Source of the DNA: an uncultured bacterium | GTDB lineage: Bacteria; Planctomycetota; Phycisphaerae; UBA1845 | Length of the DNA stretch: 64,000 bases | Direction of reading: 5' to 3' | Assembly: GCA_965371245.1 (NCBI GenBank) | Contig: CBDUXT010000009.1 | Span: 1,796 to 65,795 of the forward strand | In this document: positions 27,449 to 37,546 of the stretch, piece by piece | Layout: each line of letters opens with the position of its first letter | Position numbering within the stretch: the first letter of the stretch is position 1 | Program-made: the position numbers and the translations under genes | Notes under the pieces: generated by a model | Databases searched by the model: none | The model's input: only the letters and a program-made list of their open reading frames with translations | What the model was told of the DNA's origin: nothing

Positions 27449-29128
27449 CTATGCGTCAGGGTGGGCCGAGGCGTATCGCGCGGCGATCGGCATTCGCCGA
27501 CCGGTGCCAAATGCCCGGCTGGTCACCTTCAGTCCCACCGCGGCTTGCTTTCGTTTGTGCTCGCTACGATCCACCATACCCGCAACCCGCGCGACCGTTT
27601 GGCCATCAAAGCCTGCGGCCACAATCTCTTCAACGGGCTGGTCTTGCTCGATGTACCGCTCGAGAATCCCGTCTAAAATGGGGTAGGCCGGCAGTGTGTC
27701 CTGATCCCGCTGATCCGCACGTAGCTCGGCCGACGGTGGCTTGTCGATCGTGCGCTGCGGGATCAGTTCGGCCCCGGCCCGCTCGTTCATTCGTCTGGCA
27801 AGCTCGTAGACGACCGTCTTGGGGACGTCGCTCAGGACAGCCAGCCCCCCGCACATGTCGCCGTAGAGCGTGCAATACCCCACCGCAAGCTCGCTCTTGT
27901 TTCCGGTCGTCAACAAGAGCGACCCCATCTTGTTGGACATTGCCATAAGAATGGTGCCGCGGACGCGCGCCTGGATGTTCTCCTCGGCCACGCCCGGACC
28001 GGGGGACCCCAGCTCGGCGAAGACCGGCCCGACGGCCGACTCCATCGCGCAGTGAACCGGTTCGATCTCGATGAGGCTGAATCGAAAGCCGAGGTTCTCC
28101 GCAAGACGGCGCGCGTCATCCACGCTATGGTCGCTGCTGAAACGCGACGGCATCGCCACACCGTGTACCCGCCGTGCCCCCAGCGCCTCCACCGCGATGG
28201 CCGCCGTTAACGCCGAATCGATTCCGCCGGAGATGCCCAGGACGACGTCGGTGAATCCGCATTTCCGCAGATAGTCCCGAACACCAAGCACGAGTCCTTC
28301 ACGAATCCCGTCGATACGCGTGGGGTGCGGCTCGACGCGGGCGTCGCGCGGTGCGTCCGGGTCGGCGACCAGGAGATCCTCTTGAAACGACTTGGCCCGC
28401 GCGACAAGCATTCCGTCGCCGGCCAGCACAAGCCCGGCGCCGTCGAAAATCAGGTCGTCGTTTCCGCCGACCAGTCCGGCGTAGACGAGCGGCACCCCCA
28501 GCCGCCGGATCTGCCCGGCGAACAGTTCCTCGCGCGTGGTCTGAACGCCCGCCCTAAAGGGCGACGCGGACAAGTTGACCAGGAACTTGGCCCCCGCCTG
28601 CACGGTCTGCGCAATCGGATCGACGCCGTACACCCGGCGTCCTTCGAACTGATGATCGTTCCAAAGATCCTCGCAAATCGTGATCCCGACGCGGCACGTC
28701 CCGCCGCTCGTGGGGACATCCGTCACGCACACCTCGCCGCCGGGGCCGAAATACCGCGTTTCGTCGAACACGTCATAGGTCGGAAGCAGCATCTTGCGAT
28801 AGGACGCCTGGATCGCGCCGTCGCGGCACACGGCCGCCGAGTTGAACAGCCCTCGCCCGGTTCCGGTGTCATCGGGTTCGACATAGCCAACGACGGCCGT
28901 CAGATCGCGGCAGGCCGTCGCAATGTGCTTCAAAGCCGCCAGGTTGCGCGCCACCACGTCGCGGCGCAGGAGCAGATCCTTGGGTGGATAGCCGACGGTT
29001 GCGAGTTCAGGGAAGACGACGAGATCAGCGCCCCGTTCCCGCGAAGCCTTCAAGCTGCGCAGAATCCTCTGGGCGTTCCCCTCGATGTCACCGACGGTGA
29101 GGTTGAGCTGGGCGACCGCGACCTTCAT
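27449..29128 (-). CDS. nadE: glutamine-dependent NAD+ synthetase
   Basis: An N-terminal CN-hydrolase domain (MKVAVAQLN...VVFPELA) and a C-terminal NAD synthase domain with PP-loop GISGGIDSAL. Confidence 0.9.
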   Translation of the reverse strand: MKVAVAQLNLTVGDIEGNAQRILRSLKASRERGADLVVFPELATVGYPPKDLLLRRDVVARNLAALKHIATACRDLTAVVGYVEPDDTGTGRGLFNSAAVCRDGAIQASYRKMLLPTYDVFDETRYFGPGGEVCVTDVPTSGGTCRVGITICEDLWNDHQFEGRRVYGVDPIAQTVQAGAKFLVNLSASPFRAGVQTTREELFAGQIRRLGVPLVYAGLVGGNDDLIFDGAGLVLAGDGMLVARAKSFQEDLLVADPDAPRDARVEPHPTRIDGIREGLVLGVRDYLRKCGFTDVVLGISGGIDSALTAAIAVEALGARRVHGVAMPSRFSSDHSVDDARRLAENLGFRFSLIEIEPVHCAMESAVGPVFAELGSPGPGVAEENIQARVRGTILMAMSNKMGSLLLTTGNKSELAVGYCTLYGDMCGGLAVLSDVPKTVVYELARRMNERAGAELIPQRTIDKPPSAELRADQRDQDTLPAYPILDGILERYIEQDQPVEEIVAAGFDGQTVARVAGMVDRSEHKRKQAAVGLKVTSRAFGTGRRMPIAARYASAHPDA

Positions 29129-29274
29129 GGGGCGTACGCCCTTGATTCGTGTGGGACGAACATTCCACGACGATTCTAGCGGCGGTGGCCACGCCCGCCT
29201 ACAGCGGGGTCGGGGATTTGTTACACGGGATTTCGGTCAAGGAAATGGACGGCAAGACCGGCGGGACTCCTCCT

Positions 29275-29388
29275 TGTTCGGGCCGGAGAGAGGAGAGTCG
29301 AAAGAGCCTTGTTCCGCCGGTCTCACCTATCCAAAAGCCGCGTTTGCGACCAGCACGCCGCTCCCCCGTGTTCGGGCCGGAGAGAGGA
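29275..29388. repeat. pair of 20-nt identical direct repeats, 94 bp apart
   Basis: tgttcgggccggagagagga occurs at 29275-29294 and 29369-29388. About 35 nt following each copy is more loosely similar. Confidence 0.8.
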
Positions 29389-29845
29389 TGGCGGAAGAGC
29401 AACGATCCGCTGGTCCTTAGAGCCGGTTGACCCGGCTCACCACGGCTGTAGTTCAGTTTCCTTTCGTCGTCGGCATCGGAGCCCAAGTCCCATCAGTCGC
29501 CGGTCGTTTGCCCGTTCCGCCCGACGGCGCCCGGAGAAAGCGTAGCAAGCCCGGTGCCAGACCGTTACATTCTTGGCCAGCCACGTCACGAAGTCAACTC
29601 GCCCACGGGAATCGAGCCACGACGCCCGGCCGCCCCGGTCCGGCAGCCGGCAACGGGCCACGCCAGCGACCGCATTGCGGAAATGTCCACAACCCCTGCG
29701 CCGAATGCCTCAGGCAACCGATGAAGAGACTCCGCCGGTGAACCCGTCCTGAGGCTCGAACATCTCGGTTGTGGCTTTGTCGCTGACGATTACTAGAATC
29801 AGGAACGGACGCGGGCTCCGCTATCGCGCCGCGAATGACGTCATC

Positions 29846-30067
29846 ATGTTAACATTAAGCATATTAATTAAAGACATGCATTGCGAGCGGTGCGTGCGGG
29901 CGGTCGAGGACGCGCTGAGGCAGCTTACCGGACTCGCCGCGTGCGAAGTCACCGTCGGCTCCGCCAACGTCCGATTTGACGAGTCGGTCACGAAACGGGG
30001 CGTCGTGCTCGACGCCATTCGCCGCGCCGGGCCTTTCGAGATCAGCGGGTTTACCGTCGAACCATGA
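29846..30067 (+). CDS. copZ: heavy-metal-associated (HMA) copper chaperone
   Basis: MLTLSILIKDMHCERCVRAVEDAL..., an HMA fold with a CxxC motif, directly upstream of copA. Confidence 0.8.
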   Translation: MLTLSILIKDMHCERCVRAVEDALRQLTGLAACEVTVGSANVRFDESVTKRGVVLDAIRRAGPFEISGFTVEP

Positions 30068-30082
30068 GGCCCCGATGGACAG

Positions 30083-32350
30083 GTGCGCCAGCCTTCTCCC
30101 AGGGAGTGCTGGGCACCCAGCAGAAGGTCCGACCCCATAAGCTCTCCACCGCCAACGACAATACGAACGATCCGCCTGCGGATCGAGGGGATGACCTGCG
30201 GAGGCTGTATCGCCCGCGTCGAGCGGGCGCTGTTGTCCGTGCCCGGCACGCTTCAGGCCCGGGTCAACCTCACCACGGAGACCGCGGCGATCGACGTCGG
30301 CGAGCCACCCCCAACACGTGCCGCCTTGACCCAGGCGGTCCGCAATGCCGGGTACGACACCGACACGGTGCGCCCGACCGACCGAGAGGCCACCTCGCTG
30401 GATCGGACGCACGCCGCCAGGCTGCGCGAGCAGAAGCAAGCCCTTGGCCAGGCGCTTTCGGCCGGGGTGCCGATCATGGCGTTGCACTGGCTGGCCCCGG
30501 TGCTTCAATCCAGCGGGCGCGGCGGGCAGGTTTGGCCGGCGGCGGTCCAGGCTCTTCTTTGTGCCCTGTTGCTGTGGTCGTCGGCCGGCGCCCCGATTCT
30601 GGTCGGCGGTCTACGCGCGCTGATTCACCGCTCGCCGAACATGGATCTGCTGATCGCCCTCGGTGTCACGGCCGCCTTCACCGCCGGAGTCGTCAGTCTT
30701 CTGACGGCTGCGGAGCACCCAACGCATTTCCACACCGCCGCCATGATTCTCATCTTCATCAACGTGGGACGATACATCGAAACACTTGCCCGAAGAGACG
30801 CCGCGTCGTCGATCTCCGCGCTCGTGAGACGCATGCCGACCACCGCGCAACTCATCACCGATGCCGGCTTGCGCGAGGTCTCGGTCGAGCGGCTCCGCGT
30901 GGGGGACCGCGTCCGCGTCGCGCAGGGCGCTATCGCCCCGGTGGATGGCCGGATCATCGAGGGGTCCGCCTCCGTCGATCAAAGCGCCGTCACCGGCGAG
31001 TCGATGCCCGTGGCAAAGCGTTGTGGAGACGATGTGCCGGCCGGGAGTATCGTGAGCGACGGTCTCTTAACTTTGGAAGCCACGCGTGTCGGCGACGAAT
31101 CCAGCATCGGGCGCATCATCCGCGCGGTAGAGGAAGCCCAGTCCGGCAAGACTCGCATGCAACGGCTGGCCGACCAGGTCGCGGGCGTGTTCGTTCCGAT
31201 CGTGATCCTGGCAGCTCTTGGCACACTGGGGCTCACCACGTTGGTTACAGGCGGCGGCTTGACCGTGGCGATCGACCGAGCGGTGGCCGTGCTTGTGATC
31301 GCCTGTCCCTGTGCGATGGGGTTGGCGACACCGACGGCGGTTCTGGTAGCCACCGGATCGGCCGCCCTTCGCGGAATCCTCGTACGCGACGCACCGGCTC
31401 TGGAAGCCTCGGGCCGCATTGACGCCATGCTCCTCGACAAGACCGGAACGCTGACCACGGGCAGACCGGCCGTGGACATCGTCGTCGCGGTCGATGACGA
31501 GCCCGATGCGATCGGAGACGTCATACGGCTGGCGGCGTCGGCGGAACAGTATGCCCAACATCCGCTGGCGCGCGCGATCGTCGCCCATGCCCGGTCATTG
31601 GAGTTGGAACTGGACGAACCCGATGGTTTCACGAACGACCCGGGACGCGGCGTCGAGGCACGCTTCCAGGACGACATCATCCGGGTCGGCAGTGCGGCTT
31701 TTCTGATCTCGCGGGGCATCGACGCGGCCGCGGCTGCCACACTCACCAACGGCATGCCCGCCGGTCAGTCCGTTGTGTGGGTTGCAAAGAACCAGCGCTG
31801 CGTCGGTGCCGTGTCAATCAGGGACAAGGCGCGTTCGGATGCGCCGGCGGCGGTTGACGCGATACGCGCCCTTGGCATCGCACCGGCCATGATCACGGGG
31901 GATCACTCGGCCGCCGCCGCCGCCGTCGCCGCCGACCTCGGCATCGACGACGTCCATGTCGAGATGACCCCGGAGGGTAAGCGCGAGGAGGTCGCTCGAC
32001 GGCGGCGCCTCGGACAGCGCATCGCCTTCGTCGGAGACGGCATCAACGACGCCCCGGCCTTGGCGGAGGCCGACGTGGGGATCACCTTCGCCTCGGCGAC
32101 AGACGTCGCGGCGGGTGCGGCCGACATCACGATCCTTCACGACGACCTCGGCAAGCTCGCCGACGTCGTCACCCTGGGTCGGCGTAGCGTGCGGATCATC
32201 AAGCAGAACCTCTTCTGGGCTTTCGCGTACAACGCCATCGCCATCCCGCTCGCCGCCGCAGGGAAGGTGCCGCCCTACTACGCGGCCGCGGCCATGATGG
32301 TCTCGTCCGTGACCGTCGTACTCAACTCACTTCGATTGCGCAAGGCGTGA
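30083..32350 (+). CDS. copA: copper-translocating P1B-type ATPase
   Basis: N-terminal HMA domain GMTCGGC, TM CPC motif (ACPCAMGLATP), DKTGTLT and GDGINDAP. Confidence 0.92.
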   Translation: MRQPSPRECWAPSRRSDPISSPPPTTIRTIRLRIEGMTCGGCIARVERALLSVPGTLQARVNLTTETAAIDVGEPPPTRAALTQAVRNAGYDTDTVRPTDREATSLDRTHAARLREQKQALGQALSAGVPIMALHWLAPVLQSSGRGGQVWPAAVQALLCALLLWSSAGAPILVGGLRALIHRSPNMDLLIALGVTAAFTAGVVSLLTAAEHPTHFHTAAMILIFINVGRYIETLARRDAASSISALVRRMPTTAQLITDAGLREVSVERLRVGDRVRVAQGAIAPVDGRIIEGSASVDQSAVTGESMPVAKRCGDDVPAGSIVSDGLLTLEATRVGDESSIGRIIRAVEEAQSGKTRMQRLADQVAGVFVPIVILAALGTLGLTTLVTGGGLTVAIDRAVAVLVIACPCAMGLATPTAVLVATGSAALRGILVRDAPALEASGRIDAMLLDKTGTLTTGRPAVDIVVAVDDEPDAIGDVIRLAASAEQYAQHPLARAIVAHARSLELELDEPDGFTNDPGRGVEARFQDDIIRVGSAAFLISRGIDAAAAATLTNGMPAGQSVVWVAKNQRCVGAVSIRDKARSDAPAAVDAIRALGIAPAMITGDHSAAAAAVAADLGIDDVHVEMTPEGKREEVARRRRLGQRIAFVGDGINDAPALAEADVGITFASATDVAAGAADITILHDDLGKLADVVTLGRRSVRIIKQNLFWAFAYNAIAIPLAAAGKVPPYYAAAAMMVSSVTVVLNSLRLRKA

Positions 32351-32540
32351 GGGTCAGGGCATGCACCGAGTCGCCTTGTTCCTTCCTCGCCGTTCACCTA
32401 CGCTAGACACGCGGGTGACACGGCGTCACCTTGTCAGTCATTCAATGCGCAGGGCCACGTATCGCCCGTAGTGAACACGGTCTTCATGCACGGCGGCGCT
32501 ACCTGGCCACGATCGAGCGGGAACGAGGGCACCAAAGACG

Positions 32541-32759
32541 ATGAGCAAGCTGCCGTTTGTCGGCCGGATCTTCTGGAAAGTGTTCGTCGTGGTGTTGGTT
32601 GTGCTGGTCGGCTCGTGGCTGCTGATTCCCAGGCTGTCCAGCTACGAAATCACCTCGGCCGACTACGGCGGCTCGTCGATCTGCGCGCCGATCCTCGCCT
32701 ATCTGATGCACCTCTGGCTCTTGCCGCCGGACGAACCGACAAACGGCAACGGCGACTAG
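32541..32759 (+). CDS. small hypothetical membrane protein
   Basis: 72 aa with one clear TM segment (IFWKVFVVVLVVLVGSWLLI). No family recognised. Confidence 0.35.
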   Translation: MSKLPFVGRIFWKVFVVVLVVLVGSWLLIPRLSSYEITSADYGGSSICAPILAYLMHLWLLPPDEPTNGNGD

Positions 32760-32918
32760 TGCATCTTCACTCCTGAATCTGCGGGTTTTCGTTACCCGGA
32801 ACGCCGCGACCGGTCGTGCTAATCAGAGCCTGCCGCGCTAGCGGCGGGACCAGTCCGCGGGCTAGCGCCCGCGGCTCTGACTCGGCAACGAACCCGCAAA
32901 ACGACGTGTGACAAAGCA

Positions 32919-35108
32919 CTAGGGGCATGGTGCGGGACCCGGGAAGGGAAACGCCTGGCCGCTGAACGCATCCAGCGCGGACGTGACATCGACAATGGTG
33001 ATCTGGAAGTCGAGAATCCCGGGCTCCAGATCCGCCCGGGCCTTGCTGACGGCCCCCACGCGCGCGGCAAACTTGTCCAGCAGGGAGACCACGTCCGTCG
33101 CGACTCCAACTAGTCCATCGGGCGGGGTGCAGGGCGTTTGGGCGCAATTCTCCACGACGTCGCCCCATCGGCTCGTGGGCACGACCGTCGCGGAGGAAAA
33201 CAGCGGCTGGTTCGAGTTCAGGCAGCTCCTTGACACGGCCTGAACCGCGTACTGTCCGCCGGGCACGACGGCCGCACCGAAGACGCTGAGAGGCCCTACG
33301 GAGCCCCAGTCGCGTACCACCGGCGCGCACACCAAGGGAGCGGCCAGGAAGGTCGGCGATGTGGAATCGTCCTTACCGGGGATTTCGGACACGGGAAACG
33401 GTTCGCCAACCCAGAGCTGCGTTCCCTCGAAAGCCTCGAACGGTGGCGGCATGTCGGCGAGGGTCACCCGAAGCGCGGCGAGCTGCCCGAACGAAGCCGG
33501 CGCGAAGGAAAAGAACCGGTTGGCGGCGACCATGTCCGCGAACACGATCGGTTGCGGCGCTGGTTCGCATTCGAAGCAGCTACACAGGCTCGTGCCGAGG
33601 TCGCACAGGCCGGGTCCGCAATCGCTGTCATTGACGCACGGCATCGAATTGATATCCACGCCGACACAGTTTCCCGCACCGTCGCAAGCCGTATCGATCA
33701 TACAGATCAGACCATCGTCGCAGGCGACGCCCGCCGCCAGCGGCGTTCTGACGCAGGTCGCCTCGGCGTTACACACGTCCATCGTACAGGCGTTCCCGTC
33801 GTTGCAACTTGCGTCGTCCGAACAGCCTGTCGCCTCAATCACATCGAGAACGAAGAGCCCTTGTTGTTCATCCGAGATCAGGACCACGCCGCTGGGCAGG
33901 GCGGAATAGACACCCCACGCGCCGCCGAAAGTCACGGAATCCCCGAAGAGGGACGTGTCGAAGAAACCGATCTCCCGCACGTTGTTGATGTCGCTGAAAT
34001 CGAAGATGCGCAGGCCGTTGACATAGTTGGCCTCGAACAGAAAATGATCGCGCACCATCATGTTGTGATCGATCCCCCGCAATCCGTTACCGAACGAGGG
34101 CAATCCGATCGGGTTTCCCAGGTCCTGAATATCGACAATATACGTCGTCGTCGGGACGCCGAAGCTGATTTCATCGACCTCATCGCCGAAGAACATGTAG
34201 CGCCGGTCCTCGCGGGGCCAACCCTGATGACAGAACGCCAGGTTCGTGTAGGTGTGCCGGCTGATCGTCGTCATGTTGCTCTTGTCCGTCACATCGACAA
34301 TCTTCAGCCCCTGCCCACCGGCGAAGGCAAACGCGATCTCACACGGTTGCCCCGCACGACCGGCGTAGGGGCACACGTCGTAGCTGGTGACGTAGAGGTC
34401 ATGGGCCTGCGGCTCATTCCACGCAGCGACCGGAACGGGGTTCGCCGGATTGGTCAGGTCGTAGACGATGAATCCGCCACCGAAGGGCGAGTTGAGGTTC
34501 GTATCGCAGGCGTACGCAAACCCGCTGGCAGGATTCACAAAGATGTTGTGCGACGTGGTCACCCCGCCGGACGCGGAACCGATTAGCGAAACGACGCCGT
34601 CGTCGATGTTGCGAAGGTCGATGATCTGCACGCCCCCGCCGGACTCGTTCACGTTGTAGGCGAACTCGCCGAATGTCGCCATGTCGCTCCATATCGACGT
34701 ACTGTCGGGCACGACGGAAACGATCCGCGGGTTCGTGGGGTCCGTTACTTCGACGAAACCCGTCCCTACGTTCAACCCAATGATCGCATACTCGCGACCT
34801 GACGGAGACACGTATCCCCATACGTCGTTCGCATTGCCGCCGCCAAGCTCAGCCCTGGTAACCTGGCCAAGCAACGACACACCCAAGGCATTGAACCCGG
34901 CGCTGGCACCCGTGAGCGAAGACGTAGAAGGTTCAAGCGCGTCGCGTTCGATCGACCGGGCACACGTAAGCGGCTTGGGAGACGCACGCCCCGCCCTGGG
35001 CGGTGCAGCCGCCGCTAACAGCGTGGCCGGCCCCACGATCAACACGACGTTGACGAAATACATGAATGAGTTCCCTACGCGCATCTCGAAACACTCCCTG
35101 GTTGTCAC
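32919..35108 (-). CDS. secreted LVIVD/choice-of-anchor-B-like beta-propeller protein with Cys-rich and C-terminal domains
   Basis: ...NDVWGYVSPSGREYAIIGL..GTGFVEVTDPTNP...GGVQIIDL...GLFVLDV, followed by a Cys-rich stretch (CSDDASCNDGNACTMDVCN...). Confidence 0.75.
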   Translation of the reverse strand: MTTRECFEMRVGNSFMYFVNVVLIVGPATLLAAAAPPRAGRASPKPLTCARSIERDALEPSTSSLTGASAGFNALGVSLLGQVTRAELGGGNANDVWGYVSPSGREYAIIGLNVGTGFVEVTDPTNPRIVSVVPDSTSIWSDMATFGEFAYNVNESGGGVQIIDLRNIDDGVVSLIGSASGGVTTSHNIFVNPASGFAYACDTNLNSPFGGGFIVYDLTNPANPVPVAAWNEPQAHDLYVTSYDVCPYAGRAGQPCEIAFAFAGGQGLKIVDVTDKSNMTTISRHTYTNLAFCHQGWPREDRRYMFFGDEVDEISFGVPTTTYIVDIQDLGNPIGLPSFGNGLRGIDHNMMVRDHFLFEANYVNGLRIFDFSDINNVREIGFFDTSLFGDSVTFGGAWGVYSALPSGVVLISDEQQGLFVLDVIEATGCSDDASCNDGNACTMDVCNAEATCVRTPLAAGVACDDGLICMIDTACDGAGNCVGVDINSMPCVNDSDCGPGLCDLGTSLCSCFECEPAPQPIVFADMVAANRFFSFAPASFGQLAALRVTLADMPPPFEAFEGTQLWVGEPFPVSEIPGKDDSTSPTFLAAPLVCAPVVRDWGSVGPLSVFGAAVVPGGQYAVQAVSRSCLNSNQPLFSSATVVPTSRWGDVVENCAQTPCTPPDGLVGVATDVVSLLDKFAARVGAVSKARADLEPGILDFQITIVDVTSALDAFSGQAFPFPGPAPCP

Positions 35109-35461
35109 CTCGTTTTTCCCCCAAGAGGAAGTAACGGTCGTACCCCGCCAAGAGCCCGCGCCCAGCGCTCTCGCAGGGCACCGCGTGTTGACGCGGCGGT
35201 TGCCTTGGCTACACCCTTCCCAAGCCGTGACGTGACGTGTCCGACCCGAATCGGACGCGATCTGTCCACCCTAAAATACCAAGAACGACCCCCTGAATCA
35301 AGCAGATAGTCTTGGGACGGGCGGGAGACGTACGGACATGGCCCGGAGCCGGGGATGGTGCGCACCCGGCGACACCACGGCGCGCGGTGTTCGCAGCGCG
35401 CCGGTTTGTCTATGGCTGCTCATGCCGCTAGCATGCCCCCGGACCGAAAGGAGCTCCCGCC

Positions 35462-36760
35462 ATGAAGATTCGAACCGTTGCCGCCGCTTGGCTTCTCACT
35501 CTCACCGCTGCCGTCGCAACCCATGCCCAGGATGAGCCGCCCGTCACGGCCGTTCGATGTGGCTGGCTCATCGACGGCACCGGGGCACCACCCAAACAAG
35601 ACGCCGTGATCATCATTGAAGGCGACCGCATCAAGGCCGTCGGGCGAACGATCCCGGACGGTGCCACCGTCATCGACCTGTCCGACAAGTACGTCCTGCC
35701 GGGCCTGATCGACTGCCACACGCACGTCACCATGCTGCTGGAGGGGAATTGGCGCTACCGCTGGACCGAAGAGTCGGCCCCGCTCACCGCGCTGAAGGGT
35801 ACGCGGTACGTCCGCGAGATGCTCGAGGCCGGCTTTACCACCTGCCGCAACGTCGGCGCCGCCGAGTTTGTCGATGTCGCCCTCCGCGACGCGATCAACG
35901 CCGGGTACATCGTCGGTCCGCGTCTGTTCGTCTCCGCCCACGCCGTCGGCATGACCGGCGGCCACTGCGACCTCAACGGTTTCCGCCCGGACCTGTCCGC
36001 CCATTTCGAGGACATTCGCTCCGGAAGGGCCGACGGGGTGGATGAGGTTCGAAAAGCCGTCCGCTACCAGATCAAACACGGCGCCGATGTCATCAAGACC
36101 TGCGCGACGGGCGGCGTGCTGTCGGCCGGCGACGAGGTCGGGGCGACGCAATACTCCTTCGAGGAACTCAAGGTCATGGTGGAAGAGGCCGCCATGGCCG
36201 GGCGCAAGGTCGCCGCGCACGCGCACGGCAACGAGGGAATCAAACGGGCCGTCCGCGCGGGCGTCGCCTCAATCGAACACGGCAGCATCCTCGACGATGA
36301 GGCCATAGAATTGATGAAGAAACACGGCACCTACCTGGTTCCCACGCGATACGTCGGCGAGGTCGTCAAGGAAATGTCCGAAGCCGGAACCCTACCGCCC
36401 GGTATCGCCGAGAAGGCCGCCAAGATTCAGCCGCTGATGGAAGAGTCCTTCAAGAAAGCCGTCAAGGCCCGCGTCAAGATCGCCTTCGGCACGGACGTCG
36501 GCGTCTTTCCACACGGTGACTCGGCCAAGGAGTTCAAACACATGGTTGAAGCAGGCATGACGCCGATGGAAGCCATCGTGGCCGCGACGAGAAACGCGGC
36601 CGACCTTCTCGACCAGTCGGACAACCTCGGTACGATCGCGCCGGGGCGCTTCGCCGACTTGATCGCGGTCGATCAAAACCCTCTGGACGACATCACCCGA
36701 CTCGAAAACGTCGTCTTCGTCATGAAGGCCGGGAAGGTCTACAAGGACGCCCGAGAATAG
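35462..36760 (+). CDS. secreted amidohydrolase-family metal-dependent hydrolase
   Basis: Signal peptide, then VLPGLIDCHTHV, AAHAHG and FGTDVGVFPHG. Confidence 0.85.
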   Translation: MKIRTVAAAWLLTLTAAVATHAQDEPPVTAVRCGWLIDGTGAPPKQDAVIIIEGDRIKAVGRTIPDGATVIDLSDKYVLPGLIDCHTHVTMLLEGNWRYRWTEESAPLTALKGTRYVREMLEAGFTTCRNVGAAEFVDVALRDAINAGYIVGPRLFVSAHAVGMTGGHCDLNGFRPDLSAHFEDIRSGRADGVDEVRKAVRYQIKHGADVIKTCATGGVLSAGDEVGATQYSFEELKVMVEEAAMAGRKVAAHAHGNEGIKRAVRAGVASIEHGSILDDEAIELMKKHGTYLVPTRYVGEVVKEMSEAGTLPPGIAEKAAKIQPLMEESFKKAVKARVKIAFGTDVGVFPHGDSAKEFKHMVEAGMTPMEAIVAATRNAADLLDQSDNLGTIAPGRFADLIAVDQNPLDDITRLENVVFVMKAGKVYKDARE

Positions 36761-36791
36761 GCACGGGCGCCTCGCGCACAGATCGCTGACC

Positions 36792-37397
36792 ATGCCCCCG
36801 AGCACCCGACGAACTCGCGCAACAGGCCTGACGGTTCGCCCGTTGGAGCCGACCGATTGGCCGCACATGGCGGAACTGTTCGGAAAAAACGGCGCCTGCG
36901 GGGGTTGCTGGTGCATGTGGTGGCGCGTGCCGCGTGGTGGGCGGCTGTGGGAAGAGGCCAAGGGAGCGAGGAACAAACGGGCGCTGAAGAAACTGGTGCT
37001 CGCTGGCACGGTGCATGGTTGTTTGGCGTTCAGCGAAACGAAGCCCGTGGGCTGGTGCTGCGTCGGACCGCGCGAGGACTTCCCTCGGCTTGAGCGGTCC
37101 AAGGCGCTTTCCACGAACTGGACAAAGCGAACCTGGTCGATCACCTGCTTCTACATCCCTGCTCGCTGGCGCGGGCGCGGGGTGGCCACCGCACTGCTCA
37201 AGGGAGCCGTCCGACTGGCGAAGGAACTCGGGGCCAAGGAGCTGGAGGCCTATCCCGTTACACCTCGAAACGCGGACACGCCCATGCCGGCGGCTTTCGC
37301 CTGGACCGGCGTCCCGCGCATCTTCGAGAAAGCCCGGTTCAAAGAGGTGACCGAGCCGGGTAATTCGCGAGCGATTTACCGCAAGCGCTTCCGCTAG
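36792..37397 (+). CDS. GNAT-family N-acetyltransferase
   Basis: LTVRPLEPTDWPHMAELF...CWCMWWR...RWRGRGVATALLKGAV. Confidence 0.8.
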   Translation: MPPSTRRTRATGLTVRPLEPTDWPHMAELFGKNGACGGCWCMWWRVPRGGRLWEEAKGARNKRALKKLVLAGTVHGCLAFSETKPVGWCCVGPREDFPRLERSKALSTNWTKRTWSITCFYIPARWRGRGVATALLKGAVRLAKELGAKELEAYPVTPRNADTPMPAAFAWTGVPRIFEKARFKEVTEPGNSRAIYRKRFR

Positions 37398-37411
37398 CCG
37401 CCGAGTAAGCC

Positions 37412-37546
37412 GGCGTCGGGTGGCATGCCCAAGCCGGAGGCGCGGGCATGTCTTTGCCCACCCAGCTCATGACCGCGCTGCGCTCGGCCATGCCACCCAA
37501 CAACCGGAGCCGCCAAAAGTTGAGCCCCCTTCTGAAACGGCACTAG
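37412..37546 (+). repeat. dispersed repeat family A, copy A2
   Basis: It aligns with A1 along its whole length, and the first 39 nt are identical. Its terminal CTAG supplies the stop codon of the minus-strand gene ending at 37543. Confidence 0.8.

Noticed and set aside
29275-29388. Tandem riboswitch (glycine-type or NAD+-type) for nadE or copZ
   Set aside because: The GGAGAG-containing units lack the conserved CCGAAGG.GCAA-type cores I remember for glycine aptamers. I could not draw convincing stems on either strand. The units are kept only as direct repeats.
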